Below are positions 24,201 through 34,767 of a DNA stretch of 64,000 nt, in pieces (the first letter of the stretch is position 1; each line of letters starts with the position of its first letter). Source of the DNA: Magallana gigas (taxonomy: Eukaryota); NCBI RefSeq assembly GCF_963853765.1, contig NC_088857.1, positions 17,236,001 to 17,300,000 on the forward strand, in the 5' to 3' direction. The notes beneath the pieces are model-generated. The model searched no databases. It was not told where the DNA came from and worked only from the letters and a program-made list of their open reading frames with translations. The position numbers and the translations under genes are program-made.

Positions 24201-27200
24201 TGCTTTCTTTAAAGTGTAAAATTGGTCTTAAAGGGCTAAAATCATAATATGTTTATCAAGTTTGTGGATGGAGAAACAATCATTGGGGTCCCAAACAATG
24301 GCGTTTGAAACCTTCTTAAAATCTATCAATACCAAAGACATTTCAAGTTTTTGATATGTAACTTACATCTGGAAAGACATCCTCGTAAATCAGCTGCTCG
24401 TTTAAAACACACATCACTTTTAATCTGTAAATAGAAAGCAAATTTTAATCTGTAAATAGAAAACAAATACAATATTTTGTCAGGTACAAACCAGTAACTA
24501 CAAATGATTTTTGGTGTACCTCATGATTCAACATTACCAAGACTGGGATGGATCAAATTCTTTTAAGATGTTTTAAGAAATTTGAAGACATTATGGGACT
24601 GTTTGATACTTGATAAAATGATTAAATTTCAATTTAAAAACAATGATAGATTGGAAAATTACCTGTCTGGAAACAAAAGGAGAACATGGAATTCGGTCAT
24701 CACCATGGAGAGTGGATTCTGGGATTTCTCGTCTCCATCACGAGGATATCTGCAAATGTATACACATATCAAACATTCCACAGAACTAAATCAAAAGTCA
24801 AGAAAAGGTATGTGACTACTGTACGTAGTTAATGTTCATGGCTTATCCAAAATTCTTTGATGCTTCCATCTTCAAAGTAAGCAAGGAAGATGAAATTTTT
24901 ATTTGATTAACATATGCTTAGAAAAAAAACTACATGCATCTGACCCCCTTCCTCACGATTTCTAGTACATGTACTGTGATAGACAGGTGCTGACCTGATT
25001 AGTTTGGTGTTGACGGTCACCGACTGAGGTCCTGCCGTTCCTGAGACATCTATCTCACCATGGTACACACCCGGACCTGCAACAAAACACAACAGATAAT
25101 TTCATAACTCTGTATATCAGGAAGTATGACAAAACACAACAGATAATTCATAACTCTGTACACCAGGGCCTGTAACAAAACACAAGAGATTATTTATATC
25201 TCTGTACATCTGGACCTGCGACAAAACACAACAGATAATTTATTACTCTGTTTATTATATTAATACAGTGTATCGTATTTTTTCCAATCACATGAAAGTT
25301 GGATTTCTGTCACATGATCTTGCTTTAAATTCTATTATAGACCTAACTATACTAAAAATAGAAATTTATAGACCACACTATACTAAAAATAGATTTTCAT
25401 GACAAAAATTGGTTTTGGCACGTGTGACATTGTGACATAATAGCGAAATGAACACCTATACATTGTGAACAAAATATTTTACAATTATATGCTTGAAGAA
25501 AATTAAGAGGATTACTTTTTGAGTTATCATATAAAACAGTTAAAGCCTTTAGATATCGGTCAATACATGGTTTTATAGACCTGGTGAGAGTATATCAACC
25601 TCGGACTTCGCCCTCAGTCAATATACTCCTATCAGGTCCATAAAACCATGTATTGACCTCATCAAAAGGATGTAACTGTATAATACCTGGACCTGCAGCA
25701 AAACACAACAGATAATTCATCACCCTGTACAATCAGAGACCAGTGGGTTTTGATTCCCAAGATGCTTCACTCTTTCTCACCTGTCATCCAGGCAAAGCTT
25801 TTGACACATTTGGCATGACGGGGTCTGTACATGGTCAGTTCACTGTATCCAAACTCTCCGGGAAGCTCCGAAAACTGTTCTGTAAAGAAAAGGAACAATG
25901 GATCCAGGAAGAAGTTCCAGTAGAGTGAAAATATACAAATCTTAAAGAAATGTCATTACATGTTGTATATACACATTTAGTAGATATATTTCAAAAGTTA
26001 GTGTTGAAATCATTCCTTTAATCACATGTATTTCTGTTTAAATGTTTTATTTTTTGTTGCTGTTTGTTTACCTGCTCCACTTTCATACTGCATGAACAGC
26101 TGTTGAAATAGAGGGGGGTCTGTGGACTTGGATACATTTCCAACAAACTGATACAACCTCCTTCAAATACAGATCAGAAAATCTTAGAAATTTTCAAACA
26201 TAAATGTGTGCAAATGAATGAGCATACATAAATATGGAAGGAATAAACACTGAAAGAATTTCTTATCACAACAAATAAAAGAAAAACCTGAATGTATTTG
26301 GCAGAGATTTCTTCCAATTTATATATTTATTTCCCTACTAACACTGTTCTTAAACTCATTTAATCTTTTCATTAAATCAATCCAAAACAAAAACATAGAG
26401 TGATGTTCTGTCTGTCTGTGTGTCTGTCTGTCTGTTTATCTGTCTGTCTGCTTTACGTACCCTGGAGTAGTAGCCAGAATGTAGTATTTGTACTCCGTCA
26501 TGGAGTCTGATGGCATCCTGTCGAACTCCAGTCCAGTGATGGGGACTATCTTGTCCTTGGCCAAGTTAAAGAGCTGCCAAAACAAAACAGACAGACAAGT
26601 GTACAATGCTTTGTTAGAAAGTGTTTTGGGATTGAGGCTTTTTTTGACAGCAGAACTGAACAGTTGAAAAACTAGGCCTTTAATATTATGACATTTTTTC
26701 AACAGAAAAAGAAATACACAGTGTTAGGAGATGAATGTAATCTGATCAAATATCCTTTACAGACAGTAGCACTCTGTAGTAATGACAATTAAATATATAA
26801 TGAAACATATCTTTCAAGTATGTCTCCTTTACAATATAATGGATAGTAAACAGACATTGTCTATTAAGGTAGCCACTTACAATTAAAAATATGAGGTCTT
26901 GTTATAGGAGGGCAAATGACAACACTCAATACTGGTATATGTATTGTAACACACTTTTCACCCCCCCCCTCCCCCCAATATCTTCTCAAGTACAAAGAAG
27001 TCTGACCTTGACATTGTGACCTAAAAAAGGTAAGCAATATCGTCACAAGCGTTACAATGAACTTAAAACAGATCTAAAAATATTGCACATGGTGTTTACA
27101 AAATGATACTCAGAAAAACTTATAAAACAGGAAAAGAGGCCAAAAAAACATAAAATGCACATCAGCAACTTAAAGCTTAATAAAAGTACTTTGTAAGTAA

Positions 27201-30200
27201 CAAAAAGGAAGCATTATCACACTCAGCACTCCTTGATACCTCACCTCATCAGATTTGACCAGCAGTTTAAACTTAAGAAGATAGTGAAATTCAATACAAT
27301 TGGTTATTTAATTTAGTAAATATCTTGAATCATGAGAATTGAGTTCTGCATATAGGCATACTCTAACAGGAACATGACTCTCTTTTATAGAATATGAAGT
27401 AACCATTTCACCAAGGTGCATATCTAGTGGTAATTTCAAGATCTTCAAAAAAAGAGATGTACCAAACAGGAGTTAAGAACACATACAATGGTTTTTCCAA
27501 TGGTCGTTATTTAAATGTGACAGGTCCTCTCTAGATTTCTCACCTGTTTCAGGTACTGGTCCAGACTCCCCTGGAAAAATCTGCTGTCACCACTGTCTGT
27601 TAATTCTGTCTCAAATATCAGTCCTAAAATTTAAAGAGAGATCAATTAATACCTGAATCCAAAACAAAAACAAAGTTCATCACTTCACATGTCTAAAGGC
27701 TAAAGCACAGAAATTGACTAGAGGGGGTCATTTATTCTTATTGACAATGAAACTCGTTTATGAGTCATTTTTGTAAAAAAAAATTATGCAAGTTTAACTT
27801 TCATTTACAGCATCATAAATTTAACAAAATGAAAAATGTCAAACATTAAGATTTACAAATTGACTATCATAAACACACCTCTACTGGTTCCAAGTAAAAT
27901 GGCTCCAGTTGTGTTCTCGTTTGTGTTCTGCAGATTCCAAGCAACTGCATTCACAAGATGACCCTAAAAATAACAGACATGGAAAAACTGAGTTACAAAA
28001 TTTATAACATTAAAAAATAGCTTCTTTTTTTCCAAAGTAAAAATCTGTTTCACCTTCCCATGCTAATTTTTTTTCTACAACCAACAACAAGAGTAGAAAA
28101 AACTTCATTTGTATCAAAGAGTATGGCACTGTTTGGTGTTGCACAAGACTTTAGATTTACTTCTGTTTGACACTGTTCTTTACCTTTAGTTTACCAATAG
28201 ATCTGGGTTTTCTGGAGTTTCTGGATAAATACAGGTTTTCAGTGGACTCCATACAAATGATGAGGTGTTTCCCGGTCGGGTCCAGAAACAATCTGTACAC
28301 TTTGTCTTCTGAGGCCTTTGGTAGCTCAATTTCTAGAATTATGAAAAATCTCCAATTACAGTCAAACTTCGTTATCTCGAACTAGATGTGACTGTTTTAA
28401 AAAAAACTTTGAGATATCAGAGTTATTGAGATATTGAGGGTAAAGATTTAAAAAAAATAAGTGGTCGTAACTAACAAATTACTTCGACATATCCACTGAA
28501 TTTGAGATATCAGTGTTCGAGCTATCGAAGTTCAACTGTATAATCAAATGAAATTTTGCGAAAATCACCATGTATTACAAACAATATTATCCCTTCACAC
28601 ACATTCCTAAATCTAAAGATCAGAATGTATCCTCTAATATCAGCAGCAGCAAAGAATACTAAGTAAAATCTTTATCATATGAAGTGGATTGTTTCCTGAT
28701 AGAAGCAGACAAGTGTATACACATTACATGTTCAATTGTTTTCTTACTTTACACTGTAGATTTTCAACAGTTGAACTTTACTAGTATAAAATAATATACA
28801 TGACCAAGTACTGTAGACGTATTTTTTTCCACGGGGTCATAATTCCGCGGAATCACAATATCAATTTAATCCGCGGGTAAAAATTTACGCGGATTCTTTG
28901 AATGAAAAAAAAAATCATTTGAATAATTATTATTAAATTTAGTTCTGAGCGATATTCATTACCTAGAATTTGTCCAACTTTGGACTTAAATTGTAAGAAC
29001 TGTTCACAGTGAACAGTAATTATCGGTTGTGCACTGGTCGGTAGGCATTAGTTAGCCGTCAAGATGTTATGACGCTGGCTAAAATCGTCTTGTGAAACAC
29101 CACATCGTTTAAATTATGAGTTGATCAGTTTTATCAATTAAAAGTCAGAGCACAAAGGGATCTAAAAATTACGGTAAAAACACGGGTCTTAGCGTGTAGT
29201 TAATTGGGTCATTGAATGTCAGACCCGCTTGGGGCTATTTGTCGTCTGACACGTGCCGTTATCTCAAGCTGGGAGAAGTTTAAATTTCATGCAAGTAAAT
29301 TTACAGAAAATTCAAATCTTTAGGAGATTAAATTATTTATTATGTGAATTCTCAATACAAATTTCTTTGACAGTTTGCATAGATAAAGATGATATATATT
29401 GGGTACACGTATATGCAAGTGTTATATAATGTAGTAACTTCCTATTATCCTTATCCGTGTAATGCAATTCCAAAATTTCATTCAAAAATGAACTTTAAGT
29501 ACACTGGGAAAAAATTCCGCGGAAAATTTGTGCCCGCGTTCATAGCGTAAATTAATACCACGCAAACAAAAGTACGTCTACAGTATACCAAACAAATGTA
29601 TAATATACAAGCGGACTGACCTTCCTGTTGGTCCGGGTGTTCCAGGTCCAGTCTCAGGAGAAGGTTGTTGCTCATGGCCATCACCAGAAAGTTACTGGAT
29701 ACCACAACATGTGTGAGCGGGTCCGAGGGTCTGAAAATCACAAAATACATTCACGAGTATTTCAACATCAATTTTCTTTTTTGATAATGATGCAATCTAA
29801 TATTTTAAAATGTAACTGTTGCGGGGTTTTTTTCAATGATATTTCCACTATTTAGATACATACAGTTTGGTATTAAAGAAGATTTAAAGCATTCATTATT
29901 CTTTACACTTTTAATGACTGTGTAAAAAAATACATTTTTGCAGTGAATGTACTTACTTAAAGTTGATTTTCTTTTTACTGAAGATAGGTGTATCCAAATC
30001 TGTCCTTGCATCAATGTATCCTGGGCCAATCTGTCAATGAAATATATGATCAAGTATGCATATACAGAGATGTGAGTTACATAGGTAGAAAACAGATGAA
30101 ATCAAATCAATCAAGGGTCTGCATTGATCTCAAGAATGACCATTTAAACTTTTAAATGCGTGTTTCCTTTGAAAATTATAATTACTATTAAGTAGACAGT

Positions 30201-30410
30201 CATATTTAACTGACAATCTAAAATCAAGATATGAAAATTTTGTATATTGATATGTTTTAATATAATTGAAAATACAATATACGTAAATGTACCTTCAATG
30301 TGAGTTGAGTGAAATATATTTGAACTTACTGGGACCTGGATGGGGGTGACGGAGGAAATGCTGGTGGCCCTGGCCGACTCCTCTTCATACTGATCCAAAA
30401 TAGAGGCCAT
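16040..30410 (-). CDS. VPS18: Vacuolar protein sorting-associated protein 18 (HOPS/CORVET core subunit), 978 aa, 29 coding exons
   Basis: Exons (minus): 30410-30330, 30030-29957, 29730-29621, 28332-28184, 27963-27879, 27623-27544, 26573-26461, 26160-26072, 25879-25781, 25076-24995, 24749-24663, 24424-24367, 23966-23863, 23665-23605, 23364-23300, 22596-22461, 22039-21887, 21243-21150 (GC donor), 20821-20748, 20620-20465, 20001-19861, 19507-19376, 18943-18859, 18406-18279, 18121-18000, 17802-17685, 17337-17200, 16562-16504, 16103-16040. Total 2937 nt with all phases consistent. Motifs MASILDQYE, RDVWQMYLD..FELAKEYC, QAIHNYLLSLYA, LKIEDILPFFPDFVTIDHFK and the C-terminal RING (CAACNFPL...CHHKFHSDC...ECIYCG) match VPS18. 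Confidence 0.97.
16899..17135. mobile_element. TA-flanked MITE (Tc1/mariner-type) with internal poly-G
   Basis: ta|CTGTATACAGGG...CCCTTTATACAG|ta imperfect TIRs; internal ttcgccc repeats. Confidence 0.7.
17445..17650 (+). mobile_element. Degenerate copy of the TA-MITE family at 18579 and 22621
   Basis: Shares gtacttaatt(t/c)(t/c)gcgat and tattaattcctcgcgttt..aatctaca with 18579-18794. Confidence 0.6.
18187..18240 (+). repeat. (CT)n microsatellite
   Basis: Perfect CT run of ~27 units. Confidence 0.95.
18579..18794 (+). mobile_element. TA-flanked MITE (Tc1/mariner-type), ~216 bp
   Basis: ta|CTGTAAATTCCT...AGGAATCTACAG|ta; inverted family copy at 22621-22837. Confidence 0.8.
20303..20464. repeat. 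Degenerate 30-bp tandem repeat next to a VPS18 donor site
   Basis: Units start at 20303, 20333 and 20363 (tactactgaactttgacctwctctcggga-like), followed by degenerate copies. Confidence 0.6.
21335..21686. mobile_element. TTAA-flanked MITE with AG...CT ends (Kolobok-like), 352 bp
   Basis: ttaa|AGGGACTTGGACACAATTT...AAATCGTGTCCAAGTCCCT|ttaa. Confidence 0.85.
22621..22837 (-). mobile_element. TA-flanked MITE, inverted copy of the 18579 family
   Basis: ta|CTGAAGATTC...AGGAATCTACAG|ta; its right end reverse-complements to the left end of 18579-18794. Confidence 0.75.
22991..23106. mobile_element. pogo/Tigger-like MITE (internally deleted copy)
   Basis: ta|CAGTTGAACTTTGATATCTCGAAC...GTTCGAGATAACGAAGTTTGACTG|ta; same family as 28359-28538 in the opposite orientation. 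Confidence 0.8.
25066..25251. repeat. ~46-bp tandem repeat (4 units) spanning the VPS18 exon 10 acceptor, plus a detached copy at ~25687-25730
   Basis: Unit ggacctgcaacaaaacacaacagataatttcataactctgta repeated with variants. Confidence 0.85.
26408..26450 (+). repeat. (TCTG)n microsatellite, imperfect
   Basis: tctg units immediately past the exon 7 donor. Confidence 0.8.
28359..28538. mobile_element. pogo/Tigger-like MITE, 180 bp
   Basis: ta|CAGTCAAACTTCGTTATCTCGAAC...GTTCGAGCTATCGAAGTTCAACTG|ta. Confidence 0.85.
28811..29583. mobile_element. TA-flanked non-autonomous DNA transposon, 773 bp
   Basis: ta|CTGTAGACGTATTTT...AAAAGTACGTCTACAG|ta; subterminal ccgcgg motifs at both ends. Confidence 0.8.
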
Positions 30411-31609
30411 CGGGATTGCTTCTACAACGGGTTTGTAAGAAACTTTGTATTCTGTTTTACAAATGGATAGCTATACCATGCCAACTCTTTTAATTATGTG
30501 TTAATCTGTTGATAAGGGGTTATCATGACAATATCTAATGCAACAATACTTGTTCTGTTGTCGACTAATTTTCATATCATAATGTTCTTATCTTTACTTT
30601 AGTGGGATGCCACAAAATTATAAATAATGAACTGCAATTGCTTTCATCAATCTATTTGAAAGTATTCTTAAAGTTGTAATGCACACGACCCGTCAGGGAC
30701 GTGTGTTGCATTTTCAAGAACATTGTATTTCATAATAACATACATTGTCAAGGCTTTGGGTTTGAAAATAGCAACGCACTTTTGACGATTAAATAAGAAT
30801 ACAGGCTTAAGCCTCAACAAAACTATATCAAATCGATTGCTTTAAAAACGCCCATTTTAATAGCGTGAGAGTTATCAATACTTACAGATGAAATTTTTAA
30901 GCAATCGTCTGTGGATTTAATAAATATAAAAATCTGTTGAGAAACAAACAAATAAAAGATCGAGATTCAGCGCGTTGTAGTGAGTTTTTTTCATTCTCAG
31001 AAAAGTTCCATGGGCGCAGCCATCTTTGTTACTGACAGGGATTTAGTGCGCATCATTTGGCGCGCACACTCATTCAAGAAAGGTGCGGATCCGAAATAAA
31101 ATGTGTTTTGACAATAGATCTAAACAAAACGTCAGACGCATACATTATGGATCTGCTGGGATCGGATTCTTCCTGGGAAATTCAAACTTATTAAATTCAC
31201 AGGTAAAGATAATCGAAAATAGGCCTCTATTTATTTGTAAAATCTTTTAAAAGTGGGAGAAGTGTCTTAAATTAATTTTACGTTTTTGAAATAACGATTT
31301 TTTTCTTAGGAAGAATAAGATGCCTGTAATATATTGGCTTTGCACTTTTATCAGTGTTCATTATTCGATAAAACATTACCACTATATGTATATCGTATAA
31401 AAACCATGAAAATATAAAAAAAAAAATAATTATAAAAATACAAAAAAAAATACACGTCAACAGTAACGACAACAATATCATCGATATCATATATTTTAAG
31501 AGTCCGATGTTCATATACAGAAAACCTATAGAGCATTTAAAAAATCTTTACTAGTTTTTATAAGAACCGGATGTTTGCAAAAAACAGAATTGAAAATTAT
31601 ACATATCAT

Positions 31610-31930
31610 GTAAACACAGCATTTTATCAATATTGTCGACATATCGCTGTCGACATGCAGCGTCTACGATGTGAACGTAAAAGAGTGAAATATCCTCGAA
31701 GTAGAAAAGGTCGACGTACGATGTCAGTGTCAAGGAACTGTCGACGATGTAAACTCGATATCGAATCAACATCGTCGATGTCGCGATATCGACAATGTCG
31801 ACGATGTGAACGTCAAAGAAATATCGGCAATGTCGACAATGTTTAAATCTATGTCGGTTTAATATCGTACGACGTTATGTCCACATTTTAACAATATTGT
31901 ATACATCGTGACGTTGACGATATCGAAAAA
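31610..31930. repeat. CpG-rich degenerate array of TCGA/GTCGAC-containing short repeats
   Basis: Repeated tgtcgacgatgt and atatcgac motifs in an otherwise CpG-poor background. Confidence 0.6.
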
Positions 31931-32192
31931 GAAATATGTATATAACATGAATGCTCAAATTATCCGAATTTGGATGTGTGTTTAAGAAAGGGGGGGGGGG
32001 GATAAATTTTCTTCAAACATAAAACTGATGAATATTGTCGTGTTATTCTTTCTTCAGTGTGGAAGAAATCATCGTGATTGTTTTCAGTCAGCGTATTGCG
32101 AAGCGTCAATTGGACATTCAGCAGGTTACGAATCCGAAGCGTTGTTTTATCATTCAGCAAAGGACAGCTAGAACGTCAGTGTACACAATGAT

Positions 32193-32655
32193 ACTTACTT
32201 ACTTACTTACATATCCTGTTTGTGCCATGGATGACACACGAGGCCGTGCAACTAAAGACGCCACTTACGACGGTCGCTGGCAACAACCTATATATGCCCC
32301 TCTCCAACATTGCAGTGCCACCCCAGTTTTTCTTTCCCTTTTTCACTGCGCGCCTTCGGGTGCTCTTTGGCCTTTCTCGCCTTTTTTCCCGCAGTACCTG
32401 ATCCCAAATCAGAGGAGTTTTGATGTTCGAACTGTTATTCCTTTAATTAGGAGACAAGGCCTAAGCATATTTCCAACGCCTTCCTTTGGTTGTTCTTGAT
32501 AGTGGGATCGTTGCTGTGTTTATTTGATATATTGTCTTGCCGATGTATCTTCAAGATTCTCTGAAGGCACTTTCGATGGAACGCCTCAAGCTTCTACTCA
32601 TATTTTTCGGTGGTTCTCCAGAGTTCAGAGCAGTATAGTAACACTACCATAGTGT
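32193..32655 (-). mobile_element. 5'-truncated, decayed RTE-clade LINE (3' end of ORF plus (TAAG)n tail)
   Basis: The minus strand translates to VLLYCSELWRTTEKYE*KLEAFHRKCLQRILKIHRQDNISN...RRWKYA*...KRRERPKSTRRR, the typical RTE post-RT C-terminus, with stops and frameshifts. The 3' tail gtaagtaagtaagtaagt is at 32193-32210. Confidence 0.85.
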
Positions 32656-33130
32656 TGGTATTGTGTTGTTATTCAGCAACTGACAAAGTGTCAGCGTCAA
32701 TGTTGTTGGGTTGTCAATCAACAAGGGACAGATGTTGACGTGTTGTCATTCAACAAAGTACAGATGTGTTATTGTTGTTGTGTTATCATTTAGCAAAGGA
32801 CAAAACTCAATGTTGTTGTTTAAATTACTCTGCAAAAGACAGAACGTCAGCGATCATAATGATGTGATATCATGGTCCACGCGACCATCAAAATAAAGGA
32901 AGCTAGTGGAAGGTTTTATTTTAATCAGACTGGATTTAAAAGAATAACTAATGGTGATACCGGAGTATCAAAAGAAAAAATAAACACTCTATGATCATAG
33001 TTATCCACATAAAAAGACGAACATTAATGCGGCAAGAAACGAAACGAAATGTCACAACACGACTTAAAAAATGCCAGAGGTCGTAAGTTTCAATAAGCAA
33101 GGACAAGAACAAGCGTCATCGATCGTGGCG

Positions 33131-33538
33131 TGGGTTGTGATGTGAGTGGTATGGGTTGTGTTGTGAGTGGTATGGATTGTGATGTGTGTGGTATGATTTG
33201 TGAGGCGAGTGGTATGGGTTGTGAGGCGAGTGGTATGGGTTGTGAGGCGAGTGGTATAGGTTGTGATGCGAGTGGTATGGGTTGTGAGGCGAGTGGTATG
33301 GGTTGTGAGGCGAGTGGTATGGGTTTTGACATGAGTGTTATGGGTTGTGAGGTGAGTGGTATGGGTTGTGAGGTGGGTGGTATGGGTTGTGAGGTGGGTG
33401 GTATGGGTTGTGAGCTGAGTGGTATAGGTTGTGAGGTGAGTGGTATATGTTGTGAGGTGCGTAGTATGGGTTGTGAGGTGAATGGTATGGGTTGCGTGTT
33501 ATGGGTTGTGATGTGAGTGGTATTGGTTGTGAGGCGAG
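33131..33538. repeat. 21-bp minisatellite (~19 units, GGGTTGTGAGGCGAGTGGTAT)
   Basis: Direct tandem units; they produce open frames on both strands (SQPIPLA and GMGCEAS repeats). Confidence 0.95.
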
Positions 33539-34524
33539 GAACTAACGGATTGTTACAAGCCGTGGATTTAAACACTACACATTCATACAATTCTTATTTC
33601 AAATACGAAAATTAATAATCCGAGTTTCCTATCTACTGCGATAGTTTTAGAATCGGTGGCGTTTGGAATCACCCAACACAACCAAAAAGACCAAACACCA
33701 ACACCTTATTTTTGAACTGCAACTGAGGAAACAATTAACGGAGATTTATCAGTTTAATCACCCTACATGTATGAAGCAAAATTGACTCATATACTTAACG
33801 GACTGATAATGGACAGTTTATCTCTTCGATGCATTTACATAAAGATACCATGCGCTTGATAACCGTAAGGTCATGTGAATATAACTCGTATAATGAACAC
33901 TTTTCATGTGACTTTATGTTTATATAATCTATATAAATTGCTTCAAATAAAATGTGTCATTATATACAGTTTCATACTATATCATATGCTAGCTAAATAA
34001 ATCGTAATTAAACGGATATATTCCCTTTCGTTCGCCTTCAAATCATAATTGCTTGCACAAAACAACTAAATTCAAGTGTCTGTACTGAGTATTGAAACAC
34101 ACGCATAAGGTATGTTGATTACACTATTTTCCGGTTATAATTAAAATCTCTAAAGTAAACTAACTTTGTTAATATTTTTTTAAAGTGTAGACATGTATGC
34201 ACGTAATATTAGCGCAGCTGTAAGGGCGATGCACTTCCCCTCGGTCAAAGTTCACATTCAATTATTACTACGCATTCATTTGGAATAGGGAGCTTGTTTT
34301 AGAACGGTGGGTATATATATCTATAAATTAATTCGAATACAAGTACAGTATTATGAGTAATTATAATTATCGGGACTTGAAGTCGTTTTATAAAATGTCT
34401 TCAGAACCCTGGTAAATATTTGCTAACTATACTACTATACTAGTATTAATTTTAGGAAGATAATTTATGACTGGTATAATATGAAAGAATAAACGATTCG
34501 CAACTGCTGTTATTAAACCAAACC

Positions 34525-34527
<3 letters not shown>

Positions 34528-34569
<42 letters not shown>
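34528..34569 (+). repeat. (CT)n microsatellite
   Basis: Perfect CT run. Confidence 0.95.
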
Positions 34570-34573
<4 letters not shown>

Positions 34574-34767
34574 TATTTTCACCATTATTACAATGATACA
34601 CGAGTATTACTAGCAAGAAATTATGTAGTTAGTGTTAAAATGAAAATGATAATTAATTCGATACTGTTACAAAACTAATAATACATGTAGTATTATGAAA
34701 TATCATGGTTTTTTAAAAATGATTCAACTGAAAGTTTTTTTTTTGTCAAGTCAGAAAAACCAGAACA

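Noticed and set aside
30144-30330. Longer VPS18 exon 1 suggested by the ORF track (donor at 30292)
   Set aside because: That donor gives phase 1, incompatible with exon 2; the gtaagt donor at 30329 gives phase 0 and restores homology
33090-33590. 166-aa and 128-aa ORFs with SQPIPLA / GMGCEAS repeats (mucin- or metallothionein-like look)
   Set aside because: By-product of a stop-free 21-bp minisatellite; no splice signals or unique domain
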